From an uncultured archaeon (GTDB taxonomy: Archaea > Iainarchaeota > Iainarchaeia > Iainarchaeales > JAAZKV01): 32,000 nucleotides of DNA. Positions within the stretch are counted from its first letter, which is position 1, and each line of letters begins with the position of its first letter. This document shows positions 16,817 to 25,117 of this stretch, one piece after another. The DNA lies in NCBI GenBank assembly GCA_964551375.1, contig CAZKBG010000001.1, positions 330,001-362,000 of the forward strand. Reading direction: 5' to 3'. The notes under the pieces are model-generated. The model did not search any database. It was not told where the DNA came from and was given only the letters and a program-made list of their open reading frames with translations. The translations under genes were made by a program, and so were the position numbers.

Positions 16817-19303
16817 TTAATGCATCCAGACTTCTTTTGCTTCGCCCGCAGAAGCTTTAGCCACTACAGCAATGAATCCCACAAATAATATCAAAATAAT
16901 CGCTGCGACTATTCCGATGAATATTGCTTCAAGGGTTAAATCCGCAAGCCCAAACAATCCTGCGAAGAATCCTGTTCCTGACTTGTCAGGATTATATTCT
17001 ATTTCAAGATCAAAGCTTTTCTTGTTGATTAAATCCGCGCTTGATATTACAAACACTGGCTCAAACACGCCGTTAGTGTCACCTGCTTTGATTTTTCCTG
17101 AAATATTTGCTGACTTTCCTGACGCAAGAGTTGCGATTGTCACTGAATCAATGTTAACGTCCTTTGGAACGTTATCAAATGAAACAACAACATTCTTCAT
17201 ATCTTTTTCAGTATTGTTTCTAATCACAATTGAGTAAGTCGCGCTTGAGTTTCCCTTCATTTTAACTTTATTTGTTGAGCTTAGTATCTCAAGCCCGTCA
17301 AAGAAACTCTTTCCTAAAACGTTAAAGTAAATAGAAGCGCTTACTTCAACAGGACCTTTTAATTTTAGAGTAACTTTCTTGTCGCTTCCCACTCTTGCAG
17401 CGAGCCCAACTGATACTGCGGCGTAAATTTTCTTTGATTCGCCTTTCTTTATCACAAAGCTGTTTTCTGAAAGCGAAACATTTACGCTCCCAGGAGTATC
17501 AATTACTGAAATTACATAATTTGAATCAAGGTCCCCTGTATTAACCGCCTCGACTTCAAATACCTCAGTTTCTCCCTGAGTTATGTCCTTTGACTGAGTG
17601 TTAACAAATAACCCTGCTTTTGATTCAGGCGCAACGTTAACGCAAATTGTTTTTGATTCTTTATATGCATCCCATTCAGGACCGTCAACTGCAGACAGAG
17701 TCAAATAATTTTTTCCAGCAGATATTTCTTTTGGAACTTTAATTGTGTAATTAACCGCCCTTCCTTCACCGGCATTTAGAGTCACTGAAGAATATGCCAG
17801 TTCAGAAGGCATCCCAGTTAATTTGAAATTGAATGTTTTTGGATTAAAATAGCAGTCATCATTTCCGATTATTGGTCTTGAAATATTAAACTGCCCTTCA
17901 AGAGTCTGCCCTCTTCTAACATCGTAACATATGCTTGGAACTGAAAGCGAGAAAGTTCTTGATACAACGCTTGAACAATCCACTACTTCAACATCCATTC
18001 TTTTCTGAATGTGGAAGTCATCAGCATCGCCTAAAAGCGTGATTGACTGGTGCCCCAAATCAAGATACTGCGCGTTTATTACTAATTTCATTTCTTTCTG
18101 TTCTCCAGAAGCAAGAGTAACGCTGTCTCTTGTGAAATACGGAAGAACCATTGAGTTATCCGCAAGAAGCCTTATTTTCTTCTGAACTGAAGAAGTGTTT
18201 CTTACCATCACAGTAAATTCCTTTGACTGTCCTTTGCATACTTTTCCATCCGTTTCAAGAATTCTAAATCCGTCAAAGTTATTGCAAGTGCCTACTTCAG
18301 CGCTTATTCTTGTTTTGAGGTTTGTATCAAGCGCAAATACTTCAATATCATATTTTCTTTCTTCAGCCCCGCAGGTGTTTGTGTTTAGTGTAAAATACGC
18401 TGTTGAATTTGCTGCTGCGCAAACTTCCCCCGGAGTTACTGAAACATTAAGCAAATTATAAGGAGTTGATTCTGCGTCAAAATCAAAGCATCTTCTTGAA
18501 CTTGTGTTATTCACTAGTTTCATTTGAGTGCCGAATGAATTGCATCTCTCAAGGCAGATTCCGTAATTTGCCGCTTCAAGATAAAATCCTCTTTCAGCGC
18601 CATTGCTTGGATTTGCACCACTATCAAAGCAGTTTGAGCTTACTGAATATAGTAAATTTGCGTCCTTTCCTCTTGAATCAACCGCTCTTATTTTCATTGA
18701 AGAAGTAAGGTGCCTGTTTGAGCTTACATCGCAAGACAAATAATTTCCGTCTTCAAGGTAACAATTCAGCCCTGTTGGATTAACTTGTTCTATTAAACTA
18801 AATGTCACGTTTTTGCCGTCTTCGCGGTCGTTAATATAATCTTTCAAATTAACAAATCTTGAATTTGAGTCAGAAATACAAATCTGCGGAAGCGGGTTCC
18901 AAACAGGATTAAAATTCCTTACTGAAAGTGTAAAAAAGTCTTGTGAATAGTGTCCGAAGCTATCATCTACTCTTACAACAACTTCACTTTCTGAATCTCT
19001 GCATGAATTTATTCTGCATGAAATATAAGTATTGTTATCTATTACACAATTTGCAAGGCTTGTATCAGACTGTGAAACAATCGAGTATCTTAATGCAAGA
19101 ACGTTTGAGTCGCTTGAGTAATCAGGAAGATAGAACATTTTGTTTAAATCTTCAGTACAGCTCACAGTTCTTGAGGGAACATTTAATGAAGGAGAATTTG
19201 ATGCTGATGCGTCTGCAAATCCTGCAAAAGCAATTACTAACAGCATTACGCCTAAAATAATGCACAAATTGCTTAGACTAAAAAAACCTTTCTTATTCCC
19301 CAT
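16817..19303 (-). CDS. Large anchored extracytoplasmic protein (Ig/NEW3-like repeats), uncharacterised
   Basis: 828 aa. MGNKKGFFSLSNLCIILGVMLLVIAFAGFADA signal/TM, C-terminal TM (LEAIFIGIVAAIILILFVGFIAVVAKA). The track says '+', but 'tgcatccaga' rc gives ...WMH* at the low end and 'ccccat' rc gives ATGGGG at the high end, so it is on the minus strand. Confidence 0.65.
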   Translation of the reverse strand: MGNKKGFFSLSNLCIILGVMLLVIAFAGFADASASNSPSLNVPSRTVSCTEDLNKMFYLPDYSSDSNVLALRYSIVSQSDTSLANCVIDNNTYISCRINSCRDSESEVVVRVDDSFGHYSQDFFTLSVRNFNPVWNPLPQICISDSNSRFVNLKDYINDREDGKNVTFSLIEQVNPTGLNCYLEDGNYLSCDVSSNRHLTSSMKIRAVDSRGKDANLLYSVSSNCFDSGANPSNGAERGFYLEAANYGICLERCNSFGTQMKLVNNTSSRRCFDFDAESTPYNLLNVSVTPGEVCAAANSTAYFTLNTNTCGAEERKYDIEVFALDTNLKTRISAEVGTCNNFDGFRILETDGKVCKGQSKEFTVMVRNTSSVQKKIRLLADNSMVLPYFTRDSVTLASGEQKEMKLVINAQYLDLGHQSITLLGDADDFHIQKRMDVEVVDCSSVVSRTFSLSVPSICYDVRRGQTLEGQFNISRPIIGNDDCYFNPKTFNFKLTGMPSELAYSSVTLNAGEGRAVNYTIKVPKEISAGKNYLTLSAVDGPEWDAYKESKTICVNVAPESKAGLFVNTQSKDITQGETEVFEVEAVNTGDLDSNYVISVIDTPGSVNVSLSENSFVIKKGESKKIYAAVSVGLAARVGSDKKVTLKLKGPVEVSASIYFNVLGKSFFDGLEILSSTNKVKMKGNSSATYSIVIRNNTEKDMKNVVVSFDNVPKDVNIDSVTIATLASGKSANISGKIKAGDTNGVFEPVFVISSADLINKKSFDLEIEYNPDKSGTGFFAGLFGLADLTLEAIFIGIVAAIILILFVGFIAVVAKASAGEAKEVWMH

Positions 19304-19305
19304 AA

Positions 19306-19983
19306 CTAAACCCTCCTATTTACTCTTGCGATAAATGCAATCAATAAAACGGCTGCAATAAGAACCATTATCCAAAACAACACCCATTCAAACGGAGAAA
19401 GTTTTTCAAGATCTTCATTTAAAGCCCCTATGCTGAAAAATGCTCCAATCGCATTTTCAGTGTTTGATGCACTTTTTTTCTGGAAAGATAAAATTATTGA
19501 GTTTCTGTCGGCTTTCTGCCCCACCATTGCCTCAATTGTCGCATCAACATCCCCGCTGATGTTTGAGTTATTATAAACCACAATTTTTGCTTCTGAAGTT
19601 GAATTTGGAAGAATTGTTTTAGGAGCAAATACTTCTGAACGAACGGGAGAATAAAAATTAACTACCACATTAGCAGTGCTTGTTGAGTCATTTGTTAATT
19701 TAACATAAAATGTTGCTTTATCATTCACCACAACGCTTTCTGGAGCTGAAATATTTAATGCGTGCCCGTATGAGCCTATTAGTAGAATGAAAAATAAAAG
19801 AGCAACAAGCAGATATTCCTTATCCATTTTGAACATGCCCCCCATCCCTTTTGAATCAGGAAGGTCAAAGCCCAAAAGCATTTTTGAAAGAGACTTTTTT
19901 GCAGGAGTTTTTGGCTTTGCTTCAGCTGGAGTTTTTGATGCAACATCTTTTGGCTTTGCGCCCTCGGCCACGTGTTCACTCAT
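19306..19983 (-). CDS. Membrane protein with two TM segments flanking an extracytoplasmic beta-rich domain
   Basis: 225 aa. MSEHVAEGAKPKDVASKTPAEAKPKTPAKKS cytosolic-like Lys/Pro-rich N-terminus, TM YLLVALLFFILLIGSYG, beta-rich domain with NST/NNS sites, C-terminal TM. Ends 2 nt before the 828-aa gene starts. Confidence 0.6.
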   Translation of the reverse strand: MSEHVAEGAKPKDVASKTPAEAKPKTPAKKSLSKMLLGFDLPDSKGMGGMFKMDKEYLLVALLFFILLIGSYGHALNISAPESVVVNDKATFYVKLTNDSTSTANVVVNFYSPVRSEVFAPKTILPNSTSEAKIVVYNNSNISGDVDATIEAMVGQKADRNSIILSFQKKSASNTENAIGAFFSIGALNEDLEKLSPFEWVLFWIMVLIAAVLLIAFIARVNRRV

Positions 19984-20009
19984 TAATGCCCAACCCCAAT
20001 AAAACTATT

Positions 20010-20053
20010 AACTTTGCCTGCAAAGTTGTTAACTTTGTTAAATTACAAAGTTA
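20010..20053 (-). promoter_or_regulatory. Two tandem stem-loops in the predicted 5' leader of the 19983..19306 gene
   Basis: AACTTTGC-CT-GCAAAGTT (20010-20027) and TAACTTTGT-TAAATT-ACAAAGTTA (20030-20053); arms exactly complementary. Confidence 0.65.
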
Positions 20054-20080
20054 TTCAATAAGTAATTTGCTGCAGAAGGA

Positions 20081-20090
20081 GTATATAAAG
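20081..20090 (-). promoter_or_regulatory. Canonical archaeal TATA box (CTTTATATAC on the minus strand)
   Basis: Forward gtatataaag. Predicted TSS about 25 nt downstream, near 20057-20062, just before the stem-loops. Confidence 0.65.
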
Positions 20091-20156
20091 ATAACGCCTT
20101 AAATCCAAAAACAGACAAACTGATTATTATACACAAAAGAGCAAAATAACCCAAAA

Positions 20157-20411
20157 TTAAGCAGTATTAGCAGGGGTTTGAGGAGGACTAACCACCGCAA
20201 CATTAGCCCCGCTTGAAGTGCTTGTTGAAACAGAGCCTGTTAAAAGAGATGCATTAAATTCCTTCAAATACTGGGCAACTGATTGCCCCGCAGCCGAAGA
20301 TGCGCCGCCAAAATCAGGAACCGATGGAGGAACAACAGTAGTAACCGCAGCAAAAACAACCGCAAGCAATAGCAGCACTACCACTCCAATCGCAATAATT
20401 CTTTTCATCAT
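20157..20411 (-). CDS. Small secreted or anchored protein, Ser/Thr/Pro-rich C-terminus
   Basis: 84 aa. MMKRIIAIGVVVLLLLAVVFAAVTTVVPPSVPDFGG...SVSTSTSSGANVAVVSPPQTPANTA. Confidence 0.5.
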   Translation of the reverse strand: MMKRIIAIGVVVLLLLAVVFAAVTTVVPPSVPDFGGASSAAGQSVAQYLKEFNASLLTGSVSTSTSSGANVAVVSPPQTPANTA

Positions 20412-20481
20412 AAAAATCCCTTTAATTCTACTTCAATAACATACTAACCTAAACACCAATATTAAACTAACACCCGAACCA

Positions 20482-23400
20482 TTATTTATTTACTATCTTA
20501 AGCCACTTTATGCCATTAAATCCAAATCTTTCCCCGCTTGCCATTAATACTGCAACTCTTTTGTAAGTTGTGTCAGTTGGAGTCTCAGCAACTAACGCAG
20601 CATACTGCTTATTTTCAATTACAATCCAAGCAGGATTGAAAACCATATTTTCAGTGCCTTTCAATAATTTTGGCTGAGTGAAACTAAAGTTAGTTCCAAG
20701 CGACTTCATCTGCTCGCTGATTGACTGCGAATTTGTCTGGAAAGAATAATTAGGAGTCTTTGGCTCAACACCGTAATTGAAAACAGTAGGCTCAACAATC
20801 AAAAACTTTCCTGCAATATCCTTCATGAAAACATACCTCTGGTAAACAACATTTTTATCATCAGACCAAACCATCTGAACTCCGCTCAAAGTATCAACTG
20901 AAGACGGAGCAAGATTGTTCACCGCGTCATATACAAACTGCTGCATTGCAGCATCAACCGCAGTCGGAGCCGTATCAACAGGAGTTGGAGTTGCCCTCAA
21001 TCCAGGCAGTTCAATCACATCATGAAGAGTAATATCAGTCGCAGGATCGCAAGTAGGGTCATATGCGCTTTTTGGAACACAGCCAAGCCCCAAATTATTC
21101 AAAACATTTCTTGTCCAGTCCTGCTGGTCTAAAAGCTTGAAATCATTAATAGTCCCCTGCCCTATGTAATTTGCAGTAGCAGTGTCAAGCTGAGTTCCTT
21201 TATCGCTTGAAGTTGCGCTTGAATCCTTACTTTTTAACTGAGCCTTCAAATCATCAACTGCTTTATACGCAGCATCTCTTTCAGCAGCAATCGATTTAGT
21301 TGAAGTTCTTGCAGCATCCCTTTGAGCTTCAGCCGCCGCTTTATTTTTCTTTTCATCAGCAAGCTGTTTCTTCAAAGAATCAATCTGGGCAGAGTCAGCG
21401 CCAGTCTGTCCTTCAAGATCTTTAATTCTTGCTTCAAGGCCTGCAATTGAATCAGCATAACCGGCAATTCCCGCTTCGAGCTCTGCCTGGGCATATTCAG
21501 CAGTAATTGCTCTCTGTGTAGCATCTCTTGCTTCATCAGTTTTGGCTTTTAATTGAGTAGCAAGATTAGCCGCCGCCGCATCCAAATCTTCATAATTGCT
21601 TAAAGAAATCCACAAGCTTGTTTCAAGAGATTTATTTTTTGCTTCTAAATCCTTAATTGTCTGTTCTGCTTTGACAAGAGCTGCCCTTGCTGTTGCAAGT
21701 TCATTTGTAGGAGCGCATGAAGCAGCAGGAATAGACGCGCCTGTTGAAACTCCCGCACTGCAGGTTGTAGGCGCAGTTCCGCCCTTGATTTGCAAAGTCA
21801 CTGAAGTCTTTTTGCAAGTCCAGTTGTCAATATTTTTATCAAACACAATTGATCCATCCTTGGCGCAAACACCCTGCTGGATATCCTTATCGCCAGCTGT
21901 AATAGTAAAACCGCCCTTAGCCTGCTTATTGTTCATAGTCAAATAGTCCGCAATCCACTCAACTTTAACTTCCTTTGAAGTATGATAAGGCAAATTATTC
22001 ACAACAACAACCCACTTCTTGCTGTCAACAGGGTGCTTAATGAAAGCGCTGAACTCATCAGCAGCGTTAGAAGAATTGGAAGAAACAATCTTGCCGTCAA
22101 TCATAAATGAATGCTTCACAATAGAAGGATCAATATACTTCTCAATGCTCCAAGAAGAAGTAGCGCTGAACTTCTTTGTTGAAAGAGAGGATTCAAAACC
22201 ATCCTCAAATTCTCCGATGAAATAACCTTGAGTATAATTTCCAAGAGTTGCTGCCCCGCCCCCAGTGTAAGTAAATGCCTGAATTATTGGATACCCTTCA
22301 GTTGCAACTCCAACTGCAAGCTTCTGATTCATGAAAGTATCAAACTCTCCGACAACTCTGCTTCTTGCCCTCTGGGAAGAATAACTTGAAATCCCCATCT
22401 GAACAGGAACTAACGGAGCTGAAACAACGCCAAGCAAAGTCTTGCCAACTGCGCTAACTCTTGACATCCAAACGCCTTTTCCAAATCCAATGCTTGCCCA
22501 TGCTTTTGCATCGCTTTCATTTCCAGTAAAAATATCTTTTGTGCTCCCCCAAAGCCCTTTGAAGTAATTTCCAAATCCTTTCCAAAGACCGTCCCACCAG
22601 CCGTCATTATCAATAACGCTTTTCTTAAAATCAGCAGCAACATCCGTAATGTCTTTCTTTAACGCACCGCTGTTATCAGTAAATAATGGAGTATAAACAG
22701 CATCACAATAATTCATGTTTGTGAATTTATCAGGTCTTCTGATGAAAGCGCACTTTGAAGTGCTTAATTTTGTCTGAACATCATTATGCGCAATTGTGGC
22801 AATTGCCGGATTAAATCTTACAAACACTGCTATTGCATAATCTTTTCCATTTGTAAGAGTTGTTTTTAATCCTGAAAGATTACATTCAAATACTTTATCA
22901 TTTCCGCTTCCCTTGTTTGGGTTCCAGGCAATATTTTTAATAACGGTTTCAATTGTAACATTATCCTGCGGAACTGCTCCTTTTGGCCAGCAATACTGCT
23001 GATAAACTGCTTTCTTTGTTGAAAGGTCATAAACTTGATAATCAATGTAATAAACAACAGGCGGGTCTTTTTCAGCAATATCCGATTCAACCTGCCCAGT
23101 CATTGTTAAACTTGAAGTTAAAAGAGATGCAATCCCATCCCAACCAGGCGCAGTGTCCATCTTATTCAATAAATCTTTTTCAAAATTCATATTGTTTGCA
23201 GTATTTGGCTGAACAACAATAACTTCAGGCCAGTACTCGGAAGGAATAATGCTTCCATCTTCATTTCCAATCATTTTAATATTAAAAGTATCATATTGAG
23301 TTGAAGTAAAAGGAATTGCCCACACTTGATTATTTTTATTCGCAAATGCTTTGAAGAACTCAATCTTTGGACCTGCAAGAGAAGCTTCTCTTTGTGAAAA

Positions 23401-24297
23401 CAAAAGACCCATTTTTGCAACATTAATAACTTCAAGACCAACTTGAACAATCAACAAAGCGCCGAATCCCTTTGCCATAAAAGTTTTGAATCCAGGAGTT
23501 CCAACAGTCCAAGGCTTAACAACCTTTGGAGGAGTAGGCTCAGGAACAACAGGAGTTGGAGTAGGAGTAACAGGCTCAGGAGTAGGAACAACAGGAGGCA
23601 CTGGCTCAGGAACAACAGGCTTAGGAGTAGGAGTAACAGGCTCAGGAGTAGGAACAACAGGCTCAGGTGTAACAGGAGTCACTGGTTTAGGAGTAGGAAC
23701 AACCGGCTCAGGGTTAGGGTTAGGCGCAGGAACAGGAGTTTGTCCGCCGTTTCCAGGACCGCCGGCGCCGCTTCCGCCATTAACTGTAATCTTAATTTCA
23801 TTTATATTTACTAATTTTCCTTTCGCAGCAGCCTCAGCAGATGCTTCAGCAGCAGTGCCGGCCCCAACTTTTTCAGGAGTATTAGGCGCAGGAGTTACTG
23901 GTTCAGGAACAGGGAATTTAGTAATATCAATTTTCCAAGCCTTTCCAACCTGTTGAACTTTATCAATAGTAGTATTGAATTTGTAAGAAGTTACTTTTTC
24001 AGTAGGAGTAGTGTAAAAAGAAGTCCCCTCAGTTATATTATAAACAGAATTAAGTTTCACTCTCAAATCAGCAGCATTGGCAGGCTTTACTGCGCTAATA
24101 GCGGTTTTTGGCATCCCTAATTTTTCAAAAGCAGCTCTTACAAAGCCCACATCATCAGTTGGGACAGCAGTAATTTCAAAACCAAGATTGCTTCCCGCCT
24201 TGTTTATCAAAGTCGTGTCAACAGCAGTTGCTGAAAAAACAACCATTGAAAATAGAATCAAAAAAAGCACTAAAACTGCCCGCTTGTTAACATTCAT
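20482..24297 (-). CDS. Giant multidomain extracytoplasmic protein (signal peptide, Pro/Thr-rich repeats, beta-rich region, coiled coil, C-terminal globular domain)
   Basis: About 1271 aa from ATG at 24297 (MNVNKRAVLVLFLILFSMVVFSATA). The track reports strand '+' and start 24315 (TTG), but the sequence is on the minus strand. The ATG start gives a 4-nt ATGA overlap with the upstream gene. Confidence 0.7.
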   Translation of the reverse strand: MNVNKRAVLVLFLILFSMVVFSATAVDTTLINKAGSNLGFEITAVPTDDVGFVRAAFEKLGMPKTAISAVKPANAADLRVKLNSVYNITEGTSFYTTPTEKVTSYKFNTTIDKVQQVGKAWKIDITKFPVPEPVTPAPNTPEKVGAGTAAEASAEAAAKGKLVNINEIKITVNGGSGAGGPGNGGQTPVPAPNPNPEPVVPTPKPVTPVTPEPVVPTPEPVTPTPKPVVPEPVPPVVPTPEPVTPTPTPVVPEPTPPKVVKPWTVGTPGFKTFMAKGFGALLIVQVGLEVINVAKMGLLFSQREASLAGPKIEFFKAFANKNNQVWAIPFTSTQYDTFNIKMIGNEDGSIIPSEYWPEVIVVQPNTANNMNFEKDLLNKMDTAPGWDGIASLLTSSLTMTGQVESDIAEKDPPVVYYIDYQVYDLSTKKAVYQQYCWPKGAVPQDNVTIETVIKNIAWNPNKGSGNDKVFECNLSGLKTTLTNGKDYAIAVFVRFNPAIATIAHNDVQTKLSTSKCAFIRRPDKFTNMNYCDAVYTPLFTDNSGALKKDITDVAADFKKSVIDNDGWWDGLWKGFGNYFKGLWGSTKDIFTGNESDAKAWASIGFGKGVWMSRVSAVGKTLLGVVSAPLVPVQMGISSYSSQRARSRVVGEFDTFMNQKLAVGVATEGYPIIQAFTYTGGGAATLGNYTQGYFIGEFEDGFESSLSTKKFSATSSWSIEKYIDPSIVKHSFMIDGKIVSSNSSNAADEFSAFIKHPVDSKKWVVVVNNLPYHTSKEVKVEWIADYLTMNNKQAKGGFTITAGDKDIQQGVCAKDGSIVFDKNIDNWTCKKTSVTLQIKGGTAPTTCSAGVSTGASIPAASCAPTNELATARAALVKAEQTIKDLEAKNKSLETSLWISLSNYEDLDAAAANLATQLKAKTDEARDATQRAITAEYAQAELEAGIAGYADSIAGLEARIKDLEGQTGADSAQIDSLKKQLADEKKNKAAAEAQRDAARTSTKSIAAERDAAYKAVDDLKAQLKSKDSSATSSDKGTQLDTATANYIGQGTINDFKLLDQQDWTRNVLNNLGLGCVPKSAYDPTCDPATDITLHDVIELPGLRATPTPVDTAPTAVDAAMQQFVYDAVNNLAPSSVDTLSGVQMVWSDDKNVVYQRYVFMKDIAGKFLIVEPTVFNYGVEPKTPNYSFQTNSQSISEQMKSLGTNFSFTQPKLLKGTENMVFNPAWIVIENKQYAALVAETPTDTTYKRVAVLMASGERFGFNGIKWLKIVNK
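23531..23740. repeat. Low-complexity region encoding PTPEPVTPTPKPVVPEP repeats
   Basis: Imperfect repeats of ggaacaacaggctcaggagtaggagtaacaggc and variants, inside the giant ORF. Confidence 0.75.
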
Positions 24298-24950
24298 GCA
24301 GAACCACCTGCGCAATACACAGCGGTTTCATCAACCATTGTTTTTGTAAAATCAACAAACTGCTTTTCAGCATCCAAATCAATCAATAAAGGCATTGAAT
24401 ATAAATCATAAGTTAAAATAAAATCAGAATTTTTATTTGACAATGCTTCAACATCATTATACATTGACTGCGCTTTTGAAGGAAGCGAGTTAACAAAAGT
24501 CAAATCATTACAGCTGAATTCCTTATTCGCGCCTTTTGCCAAATCATTCAAATAAATTTCATTTTTCATTCCAAAATCGATTGCAGAAGCGTACAAATCC
24601 GCTGCTGCTGACAATTCGTCAGAAACTTCTTTTGACTCCGCCCTTGAAGCAATACTGTCTGAAAAATTAGCCAATTGAACTTTCACTTTTGCAAGATTTT
24701 CCTTTTTCTCAACCCAAACAACTTTATTTGCGCTGGATAAATTAACCATGTTCAACTGCTGAACGTTGTTTATATTCACATCATTAATCTCAAAAATATT
24801 CAAAATCTCGCCGTAACCTGCTTCTAGAGATACTTTTTGGAAAGGCAAAAAAGAAATTGCGCCTTTATTTGTATAAAGATAATACCCAGCGGCGATTAGT
24901 ATCACTATTACAAGCAGAATTATCATGTTTCGCCAGCGCTTGTCCATCAA
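24294..24950 (-). CDS. N-terminally anchored extracytoplasmic protein, uncharacterised
   Basis: 218 aa. MDKRWRNMIILLVIVILIAAGYYLYTN TM, soluble domain with NLS/NFS glycosylation-like sites. Likely real start ATG at 24947. Confidence 0.6.
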   Translation of the reverse strand: MMDKRWRNMIILLVIVILIAAGYYLYTNKGAISFLPFQKVSLEAGYGEILNIFEINDVNINNVQQLNMVNLSSANKVVWVEKKENLAKVKVQLANFSDSIASRAESKEVSDELSAAADLYASAIDFGMKNEIYLNDLAKGANKEFSCNDLTFVNSLPSKAQSMYNDVEALSNKNSDFILTYDLYSMPLLIDLDAEKQFVDFTKTMVDETAVYCAGGSA

Positions 24951-24987
24951 ATCACTATATTATTTGTATGAATTAACCTTTATCGAA

Positions 24988-24998
24988 GTATATATACC
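24988..24998 (-). promoter_or_regulatory. Canonical TATA box (GGTATATATAC, minus strand) for the 24950..20157 gene group
   Basis: Forward gtatatatacc, about 41-51 nt upstream of the ATG at 24947. Confidence 0.6.
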
Positions 24999-25076
24999 TT
25001 TTCTTCAGGAGAAATGAGTTGGGGAAATTAGCAAAAAAATTGTTTTTAAATAAAAATTGCCGTAAGCTAATGCGGG

Positions 25077-25088
25077 ATTTAAATATTT
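25077..25088 (+). promoter_or_regulatory. Putative TATA box (atttaaatattt) for the 25118 gene
   Basis: About 30-41 nt upstream of the ATG. Confidence 0.45.
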
Positions 25089-25117
25089 ATGTAAACAGAG
25101 TATTATAGTGCGAAAAA

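Noticed and set aside
18195-19260. Forward-strand ORFs inside 16817..19303
   Set aside because: Once the strand of the 828-aa gene is corrected, these are antisense ORFs with no signal peptide or domain.
23443-23956. Overlapping ORFs with RSRNNRLR or GTTGVGVGVTGSGV repeats
   Set aside because: Alternate-frame translations of the DNA encoding the Pro/Thr-rich stalk of the giant minus-strand protein.
14130-24950. Idea that the locus is an integrated virus or an archaellum/type IV pilus operon
   Set aside because: No capsid, integrase, packaging ATPase, FlaI/PilB-type ATPase or FlaJ-like protein was recognised. The proteins remain generic anchored surface proteins.
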